A DNA stretch of 64,000 bases from Cyanidioschyzon merolae (lineage: Eukaryota): NCBI GenBank assembly GCA_000091205.1, contig AP006498.2, one strand, 5' to 3'. Made by a program: the position numbers and the translations under genes. The notes beneath the pieces were generated by a model, which saw only the letters and a program-made list of their open reading frames with translations, ran no database searches and was not told the DNA's origin. Of the stretch, positions 22,851 through 34,052 are shown one piece after another (positions within the stretch are counted from its first letter, which is position 1; every line of letters begins with the position of its first letter).

Positions 22851-24070
22851 GTCGTCAGCGTATTCCGCGGCTCCGTTCCGACTAGAGCAAGTGTGTGTCG
22901 CTGCGCTAGCGCAGCTTCTGCGCCGCACTCGTTGGCCCCCTTTTTCCTCATGCGCTTCCGAAAATCACTCATTGAGACGCTCAGAGAGTTTCAGTAGGAT
23001 CTTTGCGCATTCGGGCTCAAAATGCCTCACTACTAGCCACTGCTCGCTTGCGATTCCCTCTACCGTCCGATGCTGGTGGCAGCGCCTTGCACCACGGGAG
23101 TACCCGCAGTCCGTCGTCGTTTGCGCCAACGGTGCACGTTTCATACTGAGACCCACTTTCGACGCGCTCGGAGAAGCAGGACGACGATGTCTGCGTTCAA
23201 GCCGAGCAACCACAGCTCTGCGCTAATGCCGAGAGCCGGGCCGGACGCCGCAGCATGCGGAACGACACCATGCTGCGTCGCGCAGCGGCAGCACGAGTGT
23301 AAGAGCCAGCAGACACCGGTCAGGGACCTCGAGATATGCCTCCAAAGTGGCTACCAGGACCCGCTTCGGGAAATATGACTCCGTATGCGGCCGGAGCTGC
23401 AGCATGGGAGAACCGTAGCCAAATGACCGAACGATCGCTCGCTGTTTACAGGGGAAATTTGTTCGGAAGCCAACGAAGCAAACACGAGGTTTCAAATGAA
23501 AGGCGAACAAGCAATTGAAAAAGAAAACAGGTTACCGACTCCTTCCGCTGCCTTAGTCAACATGCCTGCACTTTGGAGCAGAAAACTGCAGATGATTCGG
23601 TGAAGCAGCGAGCGGCAACGTCGTCTCTACTCGCCCCGCGTATTCGACGTCGGCAGTGGCTACGGTTCGGATCCGTTCGGATTCAAACCGGCATCCATCA
23701 GCCGTTTACCTCCACGCTGCCGCATAGCGGACGACAAGCGCACTTTCGAGCATGCAGCTATTCACTGGCGCGCTGCGCTCACGGGCATCGGCGTGAAACG
23801 CATGCGGTGGCATCCATCGGCCACGAAGACGCGTACCTAAACCTCGCAGCAACTGGGATATGGGGCCGACAAGACGTTCCCTCACATGACTCCTTCGACT
23901 CGCAATGCAGAAACTTCACGCTGGGCTGGAGCAGGCCTCCAAAGCATGCCTCACATGGCGCTTGCAGAGCGGGATGCATACGCTGCTGTTTCCGCTACCT
24001 GGCTCGCTTAACGCATTCACTTGGCCGCAACATCCCTGAAAGCCGAATGCGGCGCCATGACGTGCATGCG

Positions 24071-24838
24071 CTACAAGGAAGCACGCCATGGCCGAGCCTG
24101 CGCCCCCAGAAAACCCGAAACGGATTCCACTCGATTCACCGCGGCAGTTTGAAGCGAACGCTCCCCATGAGTTTCCGGGCGATGTCGCTGTCTAACGAAC
24201 AGCGCCGTTGCATCCGCGTACACCCGTTCACGAGCGGTATCGCGACGAGCAGCCTCTAGCGGCCGCTGCAGCTGCAGTGCGCAGGTGTCCGTCGACTGGG
24301 CAAGTGCGCCAGCGTCCACGAGTCGTGACATGCCGTAGCACTTGCGCCGCGCCGGCTCCCTATCATGGACATAGGCCAACGCCAACACGTACGAGCCCAG
24401 TGGGACAATCTGCCGATAATTGACAACGAGCTGTGCCGTGACATACCCGTCCGGGTCCGAACGCGGGTTTGTCGCCATCCCGATGCTCGCGTCGAGGAGC
24501 GAGGCGATGGCGCCTCCGTGGACGCCTCCGCTCGGGCCCTGCAGGTTGCGACCCACGTACGCTGCGATAATCGCTCCGGGAACTGCCACTTTTGCCTCTG
24601 TTGAACTTTGATCCGATATGGAGCAAAAGCGAGCCTCTTTCTGTGACAAGTCATCGCAGACCGCTGCTGGCAACAGGTACGCTACTCGCTGTTGCAGCGC
24701 ATGCGACAAAAAGTCCGGGCGTTGTGCTCCTAACCAGCTGGCTCTCGGCACTTCGCGCAAACCATATCGCTCTTCCAGTCGACGGACAAAACATTTCCAC
24801 GCCTCAAGCGAGGGCAGTGTATCCTCCGTGAACGCCAT
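24071..24838 (-). CDS. Hotdog-fold acyl-CoA thioesterase (PaaI/THEM2 4HBT family), 255 aa.
   Basis: The ATG at 24838 is verified. The motif QGPSGGVHGGAIASLLDASIGMA is typical of PaaI-like thioesterases. Confidence 0.6.
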   Translation of the reverse strand: MAFTEDTLPSLEAWKCFVRRLEERYGLREVPRASWLGAQRPDFLSHALQQRVAYLLPAAVCDDLSQKEARFCSISDQSSTEAKVAVPGAIIAAYVGRNLQGPSGGVHGGAIASLLDASIGMATNPRSDPDGYVTAQLVVNYRQIVPLGSYVLALAYVHDREPARRKCYGMSRLVDAGALAQSTDTCALQLQRPLEAARRDTARERVYADATALFVRQRHRPETHGERSLQTAAVNRVESVSGFLGAQARPWRASL

Positions 24839-24949
24839 GGCGTCCAGTATGTCAGCTTCGAGAAGCGCAATGGCGCTGAATGAGTGCTTGCATCTGGAGC
24901 GTCGGGAACGCGGCGAGAACGTTCCGCGAACACACAGGGTAAATGGGTA

Positions 24950-27900
24950 CCGACGTGCAGACGTCTCCCAGTGTTTTTTGACCGGCCATCTACTACTGCC
25001 TCCAACTTATTCTCATCTAGTTTGACTTTGAGAGGTTGTCCAACAAAGTAGGCTCTCGACAGCTCGGGAGGTCTTTTTTCTCCATCACCACACATCTCCT
25101 GATATGGATAGCAGCATGAAAGTCACGATTCACAAACTCGATACATTTCTTGCCGCCGATGGTGGTTGTACTCAGTAATGGAAGGAGTCCTCGAACTTTC
25201 GCCCTCCATTCCATTTGCTCTGCAGTCAAGGCTCCGTACGTTTTTATATAACCTCAGGATTCCGCTGACACTTTTGCATCTCGACCCTCTGAAGTGTGCA
25301 CCGAAGCTCTTGGTGTATAAACGATGCTCGGAACTCATCTATGGGTACTGTGACAAATCGCCTCGCACACTCCGGGTACGTTCTTGGCGTTGCAGCTGGT
25401 GTGCTCTCTTTTTTCGACCCCCAGCGCCCTGCTCCGTATGCTACGACCAGCCTCTGACTTTCATCTCCTTTGAGGGCGCTCAACTCATTGAAAAAGTTCG
25501 CGAATGCACGCTGCTTCCCACAGTACAAGTTCAGACGCGGACGAGCCCGCCTGGGCATTGTATATTCTTTCCACAGCGCATTGCCATGAGCAACGCGAGT
25601 TTTGATGAATTCTCGAAAAGCTCGAAAGTCCGCTCCACGACTGGTAACATCGCGAATAGCTTCCAGGTGCTGTTTCGTGCCTGGATTCCATTTCTCAATT
25701 CTCTTCCTCGCACTCGTGAATCCCGATTCTCGATAGTATCTCGCCCTCGAGAACCTCAAAAGACGCATGTCTCTCTGGAAAAAGTTACCGTTGATACCAT
25801 ATTCCGCACGCTTGGGTACAGCGTTGGTTATTGTAGTCGCGTTCTCCGGGTCCGCGCCAACGACAAACTCGTTCTCCTGTACCTCCTGCGTCGCGGAATC
25901 CGCCTGATCGTTTTCTGCACGATTCGTCACAGGCGATATCGGAAACGGACCAGGAGGATCCGCTTTCAAGCGCCGATAGTGTACACACATGGCTACGCCA
26001 TCGGCTTCGATCATCCCAGTGAATACCTTTTGCTTGCTGGCTTTGAGACGCTTGAAGTCGAAGATATTCATCCAGTGCGTCTCCCGGTTTTCACCGGTGA
26101 ACTCCTCCCTGCTGACATCGAACTCCGGGCTGATCTCTCTCATGATCCCGTAAAGGACGCCGGAGTCGATTGCCACAAAATGTGACTTGATGTTGCACAA
26201 CGGAACGACGTTGAAGCGCTTACCCATTAGGAAAGCCTCCCGTCTCTCCGTCTCTTCATTTTTTCCCCGACTCAGCTGCTCTTCGGCGTTGCGTTCGAGT
26301 TCTCGGTTCCGAAACAAGAAACAGCTTAGGATGACGGGATAACATCTTTTTTTCATTTCTGATACATTTTCTACGGGATTGACTGGCCCAAAACTGCACG
26401 GTGCTCCTGTATAGCCGCACGGATTACAGAAGCTTCATTTGTGCTGCTGTGTGACGTCTTCTTGTCGACGAATTCGATCTCCTGTCCACTCTGGCGATCG
26501 TTCGTGGTACCATTGATGATGGCCCACATCCCTTTGCGCGAGATGCCCGGGTAGAGCGCAAAGATAGAGCGTACCACGAAGCGTTCGCGGTTCACGGTCA
26601 GATGGCTCTTCAGGTTCTTCAGGTACTTCATGGGCACTTAGAACTAAATATTCGAGTCATGCCTGTATCGAGTACCGTTGAAGCGGTACTTGGGGCATTT
26701 TTCGTGGAGGGCATGTACTCGCGCATTGCGCCTCTACGCTTTCCCCGTGCCAAACATCAAGCGACGAATAAAGGTCTTGTCGAAAAATTCTTCCGGAACC
26801 TCTTCTGTTTCCATGCCCGTCACGTCGCGATACATATCCCTCGCGAGATGCATCAGTCCTACGGCAGCGTCTCATACACTCATAGAGTGCGCCTCGAAAC
26901 GGGTTCTGATGGCCTCTTGGGGCTTTTCCCTGTGCGGTTCCTTGATGTGTTTCAGAAGACAGGCTTTCACCAGCATCTCGTAATATGATCGTCTTTCTCG
27001 CATCCATTGACGTCGGGCATCCCGCTGTCGCTTCTTCGACCTGTCTCGTTCCGCTTTGCTCGGCTCTGTTTTTCATTTTTCTCCGGCAGCCGGCGACGCC
27101 GGGCCTCCAGCATCCTCCACTTCCATTTCCATTACTTTCCAGTGCTATGATAAGAATGCACTTTGGAAGCGTCTACTGTAAACTACGAAAAATCACTTGA
27201 CTAGAGTACTGTAAGGGCTGAAACACGAATGAATCGCAAGACTATACTTTGCTATGACGTCAACGCAAATACGACTTGAACCTAAGGTACAACAACAAGT
27301 CAGCGAATGATCAGGATCGCAATTCCCTTCAAAAGCGAGATACGCGTCGAGTCTGATGCCTGCCAGATATGGAGATGCGGGTATCGACCGCGCTATATAG
27401 AAAAATAGGGAGAGATACTAGCCCCTAACCAGCAACTAGATAACAGTTTGCTCCCGCTCCACGGAAAGCATTGAAAGAGGGAAACGTTCTCCGTATTTAC
27501 GAAAGTTTATCGCCAAAGCGGAAGCGCCCTAGAGACGGACGAGTCAACGGTGATTGTACTTTGTAGGCATCTATAGTGCCGGGTGCTGAAGAGAGATCTG
27601 AGCAGAACGTCTGCAACGAAGATTACGCTGAGAAGAGCAGCGAACAGGATGCATCTAGACATCGCCCGAGACCCGATCGTCTCCGAGCATACCGCTTCGC
27701 GCTGCCGCAGGCAGTAGGCAGCAGGCCTTTCTGCACGGCTTTCCAGCTCCCAGAATGATCATGAATCCCGATGCCGTGTCGGGTGAACGATACCTCCAGC
27801 TGACGTCCTCAGTCATATGGCAATGCCTCGCAGTCTCTGTGCAGCATTCGAATCATCGGTATAGGCACTTTTGCTGACCATCAAGGCAACCTCGGTGCAC

Positions 27901-28045
27901 AATAGAACGTACGAAATAACCAGTACATCCGATAAAAAGTACAAGTCATGGAACTTGAAGGTAGCGTGCACCATGATGGATACGTTCACCGAATGCCAAT
28001 ATCTAATCACGGAATCAACGATGAATGGTCAATGTACGTTTTCTA
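24950..28045 (-). mobile_element. Fanzor/TnpB-like nuclease element, copy 2. It is full length and is the least damaged copy.
   Basis: The 3' end GTCTGCACGTCGG lies at about 24950. The three ORF segments are 25017..25229, 25244..26356 and 26371..26631. The 5' motif CCAGATATGGAGATGCGGGTATCGACCGCGCTAT lies at 27362-27395. The 5' module (GAGATCTGAGCAGAAC...ATGGAACTTGAAG) runs from 27590 to 28045. Confidence 0.75.
25017..26631 (-). pseudogene. Fanzor-like RuvC nuclease gene, in three segments. RuvC-I is [16 protein letters not shown] (Asp near 25852). The IDEFRAS block with Cys/His residues lies near 25336. RuvC-III is [13 protein letters not shown] (Asp near 25124). There is a single frameshift between 25229 and 25244, and a 10-bp gap relative to copy 3 between ORF A and ORF B.
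   Basis: The motif order and spacing are as in TnpB/Fanzor. The frameshift maps to GAGGTTATATAAAAAC, where the alternative frame continues as ...[19 protein letters not shown], matching copy 4 (...AIKKYGPLTEEQMETRAKL). The first ATG of ORF A is at 26631. Confidence 0.7.
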
Positions 28046-28513
28046 TCCAGCAAAAATATATCGGTAATAGGCGAGCGCTTCTGTAGCACTTGTGGCGGTA
28101 GTGAGGCGCACAGGGCTGAGCGCTCGCATGGGATGCACGCACTTGTCACACATCTGCTGGCGATGCCCTCAACCAACCAACCATCCAGCCAGCCAGCCAA
28201 GCAGGCGGGGGCAGCAGCGGGTGTTGTGCTTTCGTGCTGCCCGCGGTGCATAACTCACATACACCAGGGACGCTCGATCAAACTGCTCGTCTGGCTCACC
28301 GCGCCCAGACGCTGCAGTGACCAGAGTGCAACGCTTTCGGAGAGGTGTCGCACGGCAGACTCGGAGTTCGCTGCTCCTGCGGGCGACGACACCCGCCCGG
28401 GTGCTAGCGACGATACCGCTGCCGCAGCGCTATCCCGAATGATCATCACGACACCCGCATCTCCGTTCCTTACTTTTGTCCAGGGCATTAAAACCGAGGT
28501 TTACGTTCGATAG

Positions 28514-30352
28514 CTAGAGCTCTTTGGATCGACCAGAGTCTTGCACGATTCGATTCCAGAACGATGCGGCGGCAGCTGGCATTGCAGACCCCGCTGCATC
28601 GGTGACTTGGGCTGGTGCGTCTGGGGCCCTGGAGGGCGCCGCACGCTCCCTGTTGTCCGACACCTGAAGAGCGGCGGCATCCGTCGTTGGGGCAGTTCCG
28701 TCGCCTCCGGTGGAGCGCGTGCTGGGTGCCATCCAAACCGTCCCTCGATACGCCCGATCACGAGCTAGACCAGAGGCAAGTACATCCGCCATGGTGCGGT
28801 AGCGCGCTGTACCCGATGCGCTGGTTGTCTCCGTCTCCCCGAGGCGCGGGCGGTTCTGCAACATGTCCAAGAGGCGTTGTCGCTCCTGTTCTTCCTCTTC
28901 TCGTTGAATTTCGAGAAAACTGCGTCTTGACGGGCGTTGTTGTTGTTGGGCACGTTGCACCTGCGACTCAGCAGCACGTGCAGCGGCTCCGGCTAGCGAC
29001 AGGTGCGCGTTGCCAGCGCCAGTAGCGAGTGTCGATGCAGCGTTCGACGCCCATGGTGCAGGGCGTGCAACGCTCCCGCTACGATATCCTGGTCGATGCG
29101 ACCCGGCCTGCTGCTCAGCGGACGAACTCCTGGATCCAGTGTCTGAATGAACGCCTGGGTTCGTCACCAGCTTGTTCAACTGATCGAGCGCGTCCACTGA
29201 AGTCAATCGAACGTGAGAGTCCTGCGGCGCTAGTCTGGTCCGTAATTGTCGTTCTAGATACGCATGCTCTGGAGGTTCGATCTCTTTGCTGGCAGCTGAT
29301 GGCCACAACAACAACGTCGGGTTCGGATTCTCACGATCAGCGCCCGTCGCTGCTGCTCGATTACGGGCCTTTACCTGCTGCCATCCCTCGAGCTTGCTCG
29401 TGGTGCTGGCAGCGGCCTCGCTCGGAGCCAACGAAGCGTCTCCAAGCGAATGATCTCCCTGCTCTCCTGTTCTTAATGTGGCATCCGTGCTGTTTTTCTT
29501 CCTCCTGCGACGTCTTCGCGATCCAGCGGCTTGCTCTTGGGGCTCGTTAGCGCTTGTCGAGCCAGCTGCATCCGCTGCAACTGCTGCTAATGCATCTTTG
29601 GATGCCACGCTCTGGTTACTTGACGAAGCTGCCTCGGTGACCATCGCTGATGATACAACGGATCCGCGATCGGATACGCTCCGTGCCTCGCTGGTACCAG
29701 GGTCTGTCGATACCCCAGCAAAACCGGTATCCCGTGTACACTTCAGTGTAGATGATATGCTCTCAGAGTCATGTCCAGGGCGAACTGCAGCAGACTGCAG
29801 CGCTCTGGGCATTGCGTCAACCTCAGGGCTGCTGCGGACGGCTGGCCAAGGTCGCGAACTCCCCGCCGAGGGCGTTGCGATCCCTGGCTTTGGTTTCGTG
29901 CTCGAGACAGAGCCAGACGCTGGACCAGGCGCCGGTATGCTCTGGTCACGAACGCTGAGCGCTTCGACAGAGAGGTCTGGCGGCTGCCCTGGGGTTGCCT
30001 CACTGCCCAGCGGGGGCGCCTCGGCTGCGCTCCGAATCGTTGCATCTGTGGATAGCGCGGATGCAGTTCGACACTGCAAGTCCGCAGCAGTTCTCTGCAC
30101 CAGCGACCATAACACTCGGTTCATAGGCTGCGGCGAGGTTGACTCAGGCTGCTGGCTTATCGGTAGCCTTTCATCAAGAAATCCGTATCGCCACCATGCG
30201 ACGAGAAAAAGGGTTGGAAACGGGCCGCGTCTAGCTCCAGACGGATCTTGAAAGTACCATCGTGGCTGCGAATCATAGAGCACAGAGCTTACGGCCTGGT
30301 ACCAGAAGTTGGAGGCTCTCGAGTCGCCGCTCTCTAGCCCGTCGGCGTGCAT
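28514..30352 (-). CDS. GYF-domain protein, Ser/Ala/Arg-rich, about 612 aa from the first ATG.
   Basis: The N-terminal sequence NFWYQAVSSVLYDSQPRWYFQDPSGARRGPFPTLFLVAWWRYGFL matches the GYF consensus (W.Y.D..G..QGPF....M..W...GYF). The rest is low-complexity with an EEEQERQRL coiled segment. The ORF track start at 30361 is a TTG, and the ATG is at 30352. Confidence 0.5.
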   Translation of the reverse strand: MHADGLESGDSRASNFWYQAVSSVLYDSQPRWYFQDPSGARRGPFPTLFLVAWWRYGFLDERLPISQQPESTSPQPMNRVLWSLVQRTAADLQCRTASALSTDATIRSAAEAPPLGSEATPGQPPDLSVEALSVRDQSIPAPGPASGSVSSTKPKPGIATPSAGSSRPWPAVRSSPEVDAMPRALQSAAVRPGHDSESISSTLKCTRDTGFAGVSTDPGTSEARSVSDRGSVVSSAMVTEAASSSNQSVASKDALAAVAADAAGSTSANEPQEQAAGSRRRRRRKKNSTDATLRTGEQGDHSLGDASLAPSEAAASTTSKLEGWQQVKARNRAAATGADRENPNPTLLLWPSAASKEIEPPEHAYLERQLRTRLAPQDSHVRLTSVDALDQLNKLVTNPGVHSDTGSRSSSAEQQAGSHRPGYRSGSVARPAPWASNAASTLATGAGNAHLSLAGAAARAAESQVQRAQQQQRPSRRSFLEIQREEEEQERQRLLDMLQNRPRLGETETTSASGTARYRTMADVLASGLARDRAYRGTVWMAPSTRSTGGDGTAPTTDAAALQVSDNRERAAPSRAPDAPAQVTDAAGSAMPAAAASFWNRIVQDSGRSKEL

Positions 30353-31499
30353 CTCCGGCAACTCGAATAGACGCGAAACAACACCCTGCCCGTGCTTTGC
30401 ACTTCACTCGCTTCTGATGCTCTTCCAGATCAAGTAAAACGCGCGTTCAGAGACTCCCCCTTTGTTTTCCTGGTAAATCCCTTGCGTCAATCGCTGGTAC
30501 AGTGCCTCTCGCAAACCGTACGAGACGTCTTTCGAGCACAATCCGTGCCGAGTGCTTGCCAGCATGAAGCCGAATGCAGGTCGACAGCAGGTGTTCCGCG
30601 ACCTTGACTCCGTTACCGCGCTACCTAGGACCTTTTACAACAAGTACGTAACGGATGCTGTATACGAGAAAGACGATGCTCACGATCACCTGTGAGAAAA
30701 ACGCTCCAGGATAGCGCAAGTGGCTTGGAAAGCTCGCCGGGGCGCAGCTTTCGACGGCGTGAGACGCAACGCCGCGACATCGGCGCCCGGGCCTGTGTTT
30801 TTGCCCGACTTTTCGAGTCGATGCCTTGGGGCATCTGTTTTCGCGTGCAGCGGCAACTGGAGTCTTTGCGGGCATACAGTGCTATGTGCACCAGCGGCAA
30901 TGCCGCCCATGAGCACATATCGTGTAGGATGGTAGCAGTACGCACCCATTTGCGCTATAGAGACTGTGGGATGCTCGGTGGCGCTGGCCTAGGGCAAGGT
31001 GCACCCGTGCGCTCGGCAGCTTCCGGACCAGCACACCGTTTTCGTTTGTGTTGTGTTGTGCCTGCGAGGAGAACTCAATGAACGGAGTGCATCCTGTGGA
31101 TTCGAGAAAGATCTTGGAAAGACTCAGTGCTGTTCATGGTCACTAGAGAAAATGGACTTTAGTGGACAAGTAAGTCCGTCATTGTACGGTCAGCAGGTGG
31201 ACGAGGCACCACCCTCGCATCGTCCGTATACTGGACGGCGTGCTCCACGAAAAAACTGATTAAGAGCATTCGAGACGGTCGTTGCCTGTTGAATCTGTTC
31301 CAATCCATACGCGCTCTAAGAAATATTATCAATCATGACACAAAAAGGAAAGTTTCACCACCGGTGAGAGGATGAACAATGAAGAGAAAACTGTGGAATG
31401 AGACGAGCCTATGCTATGGAGAGAGCGCGTCGAACAATATACGAGCGATATCGTTCCGAAATGCGGACGCTTATTACAGAATCGACGGCCGCTCGTCTC

Positions 31500-31884
31500 A
31501 CTCAATGGGCCTCTATGCAAAACATTCTAGACCTGCATGTGGTAACGCAATGAGGCGCGAAGCGCTGTGCGGAACAACGTTACCGGCGAGCACGCGGATA
31601 GCGGCACCCGCGGCGGCGATGCAATTTCGGGATCGCCTGCGAATTATTACACGAACAGGGTCGTTGAGCATCTTGCTCATCATCGAAGCGTTCCTCGTGG
31701 CTGCCCGTTCACAAAGTCTTGGATGCTGCTCGTAGACAGCGTCGCCGTCCATCACTCTAAAGCGGTCGAGGAGTTCGTGGCTGAGACTGGCGTTGAGCTG
31801 CTCCTCGTGCCAGCCGATTCCCGCTGGCGCAAACCGGTCGAAGGCAGCTTCTCTGTTGTCGAGCGTTATTCTTACATTCGTTGA
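31500..31884 (+). pseudogene. Degenerate DDE(D) transposase C-terminal remnant, Tc1/mariner- or IS630-like.
   Basis: WMLLVDSVAVHHSKAVEEFVAETGVELLLVPADSRWRKPVEGSF follows the pattern h-DNA-x-pH-x-K-x-V-x-E-x-L-x-6-L-x-PpySPdLnPiE of mariner DDE_3 domains. Confidence 0.35.
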
Positions 31885-32164
31885 TCAATGGGCGAGCCAT
31901 TCACATCTATGACACGCTGCATCGACATGTCGTTCTATACTGCCTTTATCGGCCCGGAGCTGCTCTTTCACGCTTCTGCTCGTGCGCAGCGGAACGGAAG
32001 AGTGTGTTTCGGTCCATGGGCGTGCTCGCTACGGTTAAGGTGACGGAACGGGACTCGATGGCTTCTGGACACATACTCTGGATATGTGAGATTCAGAGCC
32101 TCCGCCAATTCAGTCGGTCTGCATTCCGAGGAAAGAAAGGATATAGAGTATAACGACCCCGTCC

Positions 32165-33460
32165 ATGCCATTTCGCGAAGTGAACGACAAGGCGATGAAG
32201 GATCTGGCCTCTATGGACAAGCACGAATCATTCGAGCAACTTTGCTCTGAGCATTTGTGGAGCTCGTACAGGCTTGCTCCATACCTGGCAAAAATGCGGG
32301 CAAGTTTAGATGGATTCCAGAGGACCGCTGTGTATCCATCTGCACGGATTTGGTGAAACTCGTGAAACCGGGACCTGAATCGAACGACGAGACTCATTTT
32401 CAACCATTCAATGTGGATGAAGAGAAAGGCAACCTATTGGGTGTGGATCCCGTGTCCGAACACATCATGGCCGTTGCCGTACCCGTAAACCAACAGTGCA
32501 GGGGCAAAGCCCTGAACGGAAACCAGACGACGATACGTAACTTGTTAAGGGCCCGGTATGATCGCGAGTCGGGCGTGATCGATACCAGGAGACCTACCGA
32601 CAAACGGAATGACAGTGCCAAAACCCCGAAGTCGACGCTCTGAGCACTGCATCGTGCAGAGCGGAATCCCCTGTTCGCCTCATTCAGAGTGAATATGAGC
32701 GTCGAAAACAGCTCATGCGGACGATGCTTGGTAAGAATACCCGAGAGCACGCTGTGGGTTGCCAACGATATCGGCTATGCGGGGGCGAGATGCATGTGTT
32801 CGAGAACTTGATCAATGTGCTTGGAAATGAAATGAACCGCAAGATGCGTCATTCGGTGGCAGCCCAAAGCGCTCAACGTACTGTGGCCCGCCAACGTAGC
32901 GCCTGTGCTCCCTCTACGAGCCCGCACAGCGCGTGCAGGATTCGATGCTGCACGATTCGCACCGATGCGTTCGGCACGACATCGGCACTATGGAGGCAAA
33001 TGTGCACACCGTGGTTAATAGACGTGGAGACGGGGACGAAACAGAGCCTGGATGCACGATGTGATGTACGGGAAGCTGACCGCAGGTCAGAGAGCGAAGC
33101 AATCGAAGGTGCGAGGCTTGCGATGCGGTGATTCCACCATCCCGACTACGTTCGAGAACGCGCTGCACCGAGACTTGAACGCCTCGATGACGACCCGGAA
33201 ATAGCATGCGCTTCGCGAGCGTCCAGCAGCTTTGTTTCGAGCGTTGCTTCGAGCGAATCGTTTTGTGCGCTGTATGGGTACTGTGTTGAAACGCACCAAA
33301 CGCACGATGAAGCGATTCGGCGGCCAGGGGAATCGACGTTGGATTCTGGCCTTGAGCACGGTACTGATATGGGACTGTTCGGCTATCCAGCAAGGCTGCC
33401 GCACCGACTTTATCAGTCCCGAAGGATTCAACTCAGCTAAGGATGAACGAAGATAGTGTT
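32165..33460 (+). pseudogene. Highly degenerate fifth Fanzor-like copy. RuvC-I is LLGVDPVSEHIMAVAVPVN, followed by TTIRNLLRARYDRESGV, then YRLCGGEMHVFENLINVLGNEMNRK and FGGQGNRRW.
   Basis: These blocks align to copy 2 as [56 protein letters not shown] and VVAYGAGRW. The fragments are spread over several frames, and no RuvC-III is recognisable. Confidence 0.45.
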
Positions 33461-34052
33461 CCATGACTCGATATGACGAATTACATCGTAGCCGCCGCAT
33501 GCTAGACTAGGAATGCGTTACGAAAGGCACAATATCTGCAATACTGGACTCGAGGTGGAAAGTTGTAGCGCTGGTGTGCGTCTATCACCGGACAAAGTGC
33601 TGTTCCTGGACGACGGCAGACGCAAGAGCATCTGCTGCCTCTGGCATCGTATTTCGGCGCGGTGGACTCGGGACCGGCTCCCCTGCAGACTCGACCAAGT
33701 TTCTGAACAAGAAATGGCATTTTATGCCTTTCATGAAACAGCGCCCTGCCGTCGGACTGTCATCTGGTTCTTCCTCGAGGCACCTCGAAGAAGCGTTCCC
33801 AGGACTAGAAAAAAGCATGCGCACAACCGAGTTGCGCTCAGATGCCTGTGTACACCAGGGTCGCTGACGAGCTGGACGTCCATGAACTGCACAGACTCGT
33901 CGAGTCATCGCAGCGGAACTCGAGTGGATCGCACCAACGAGGCTCTCACGAGCCACCGCGACGACTCTCTGTGATCAAAAAGGTGCTGCGATCGGTACGG
34001 AAGCAAGCGAGCAACTGCCTCCAGACGCTGCACCCAATCGTTTGCTCGCTGA

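Noticed and set aside
22577-22885. ORF with fourfold repeated SIAPFQDFIRMLDHDGILACSL peptide.
   Set aside because: It is the translation of the 69-bp minisatellite. There is no start-context or homology support.
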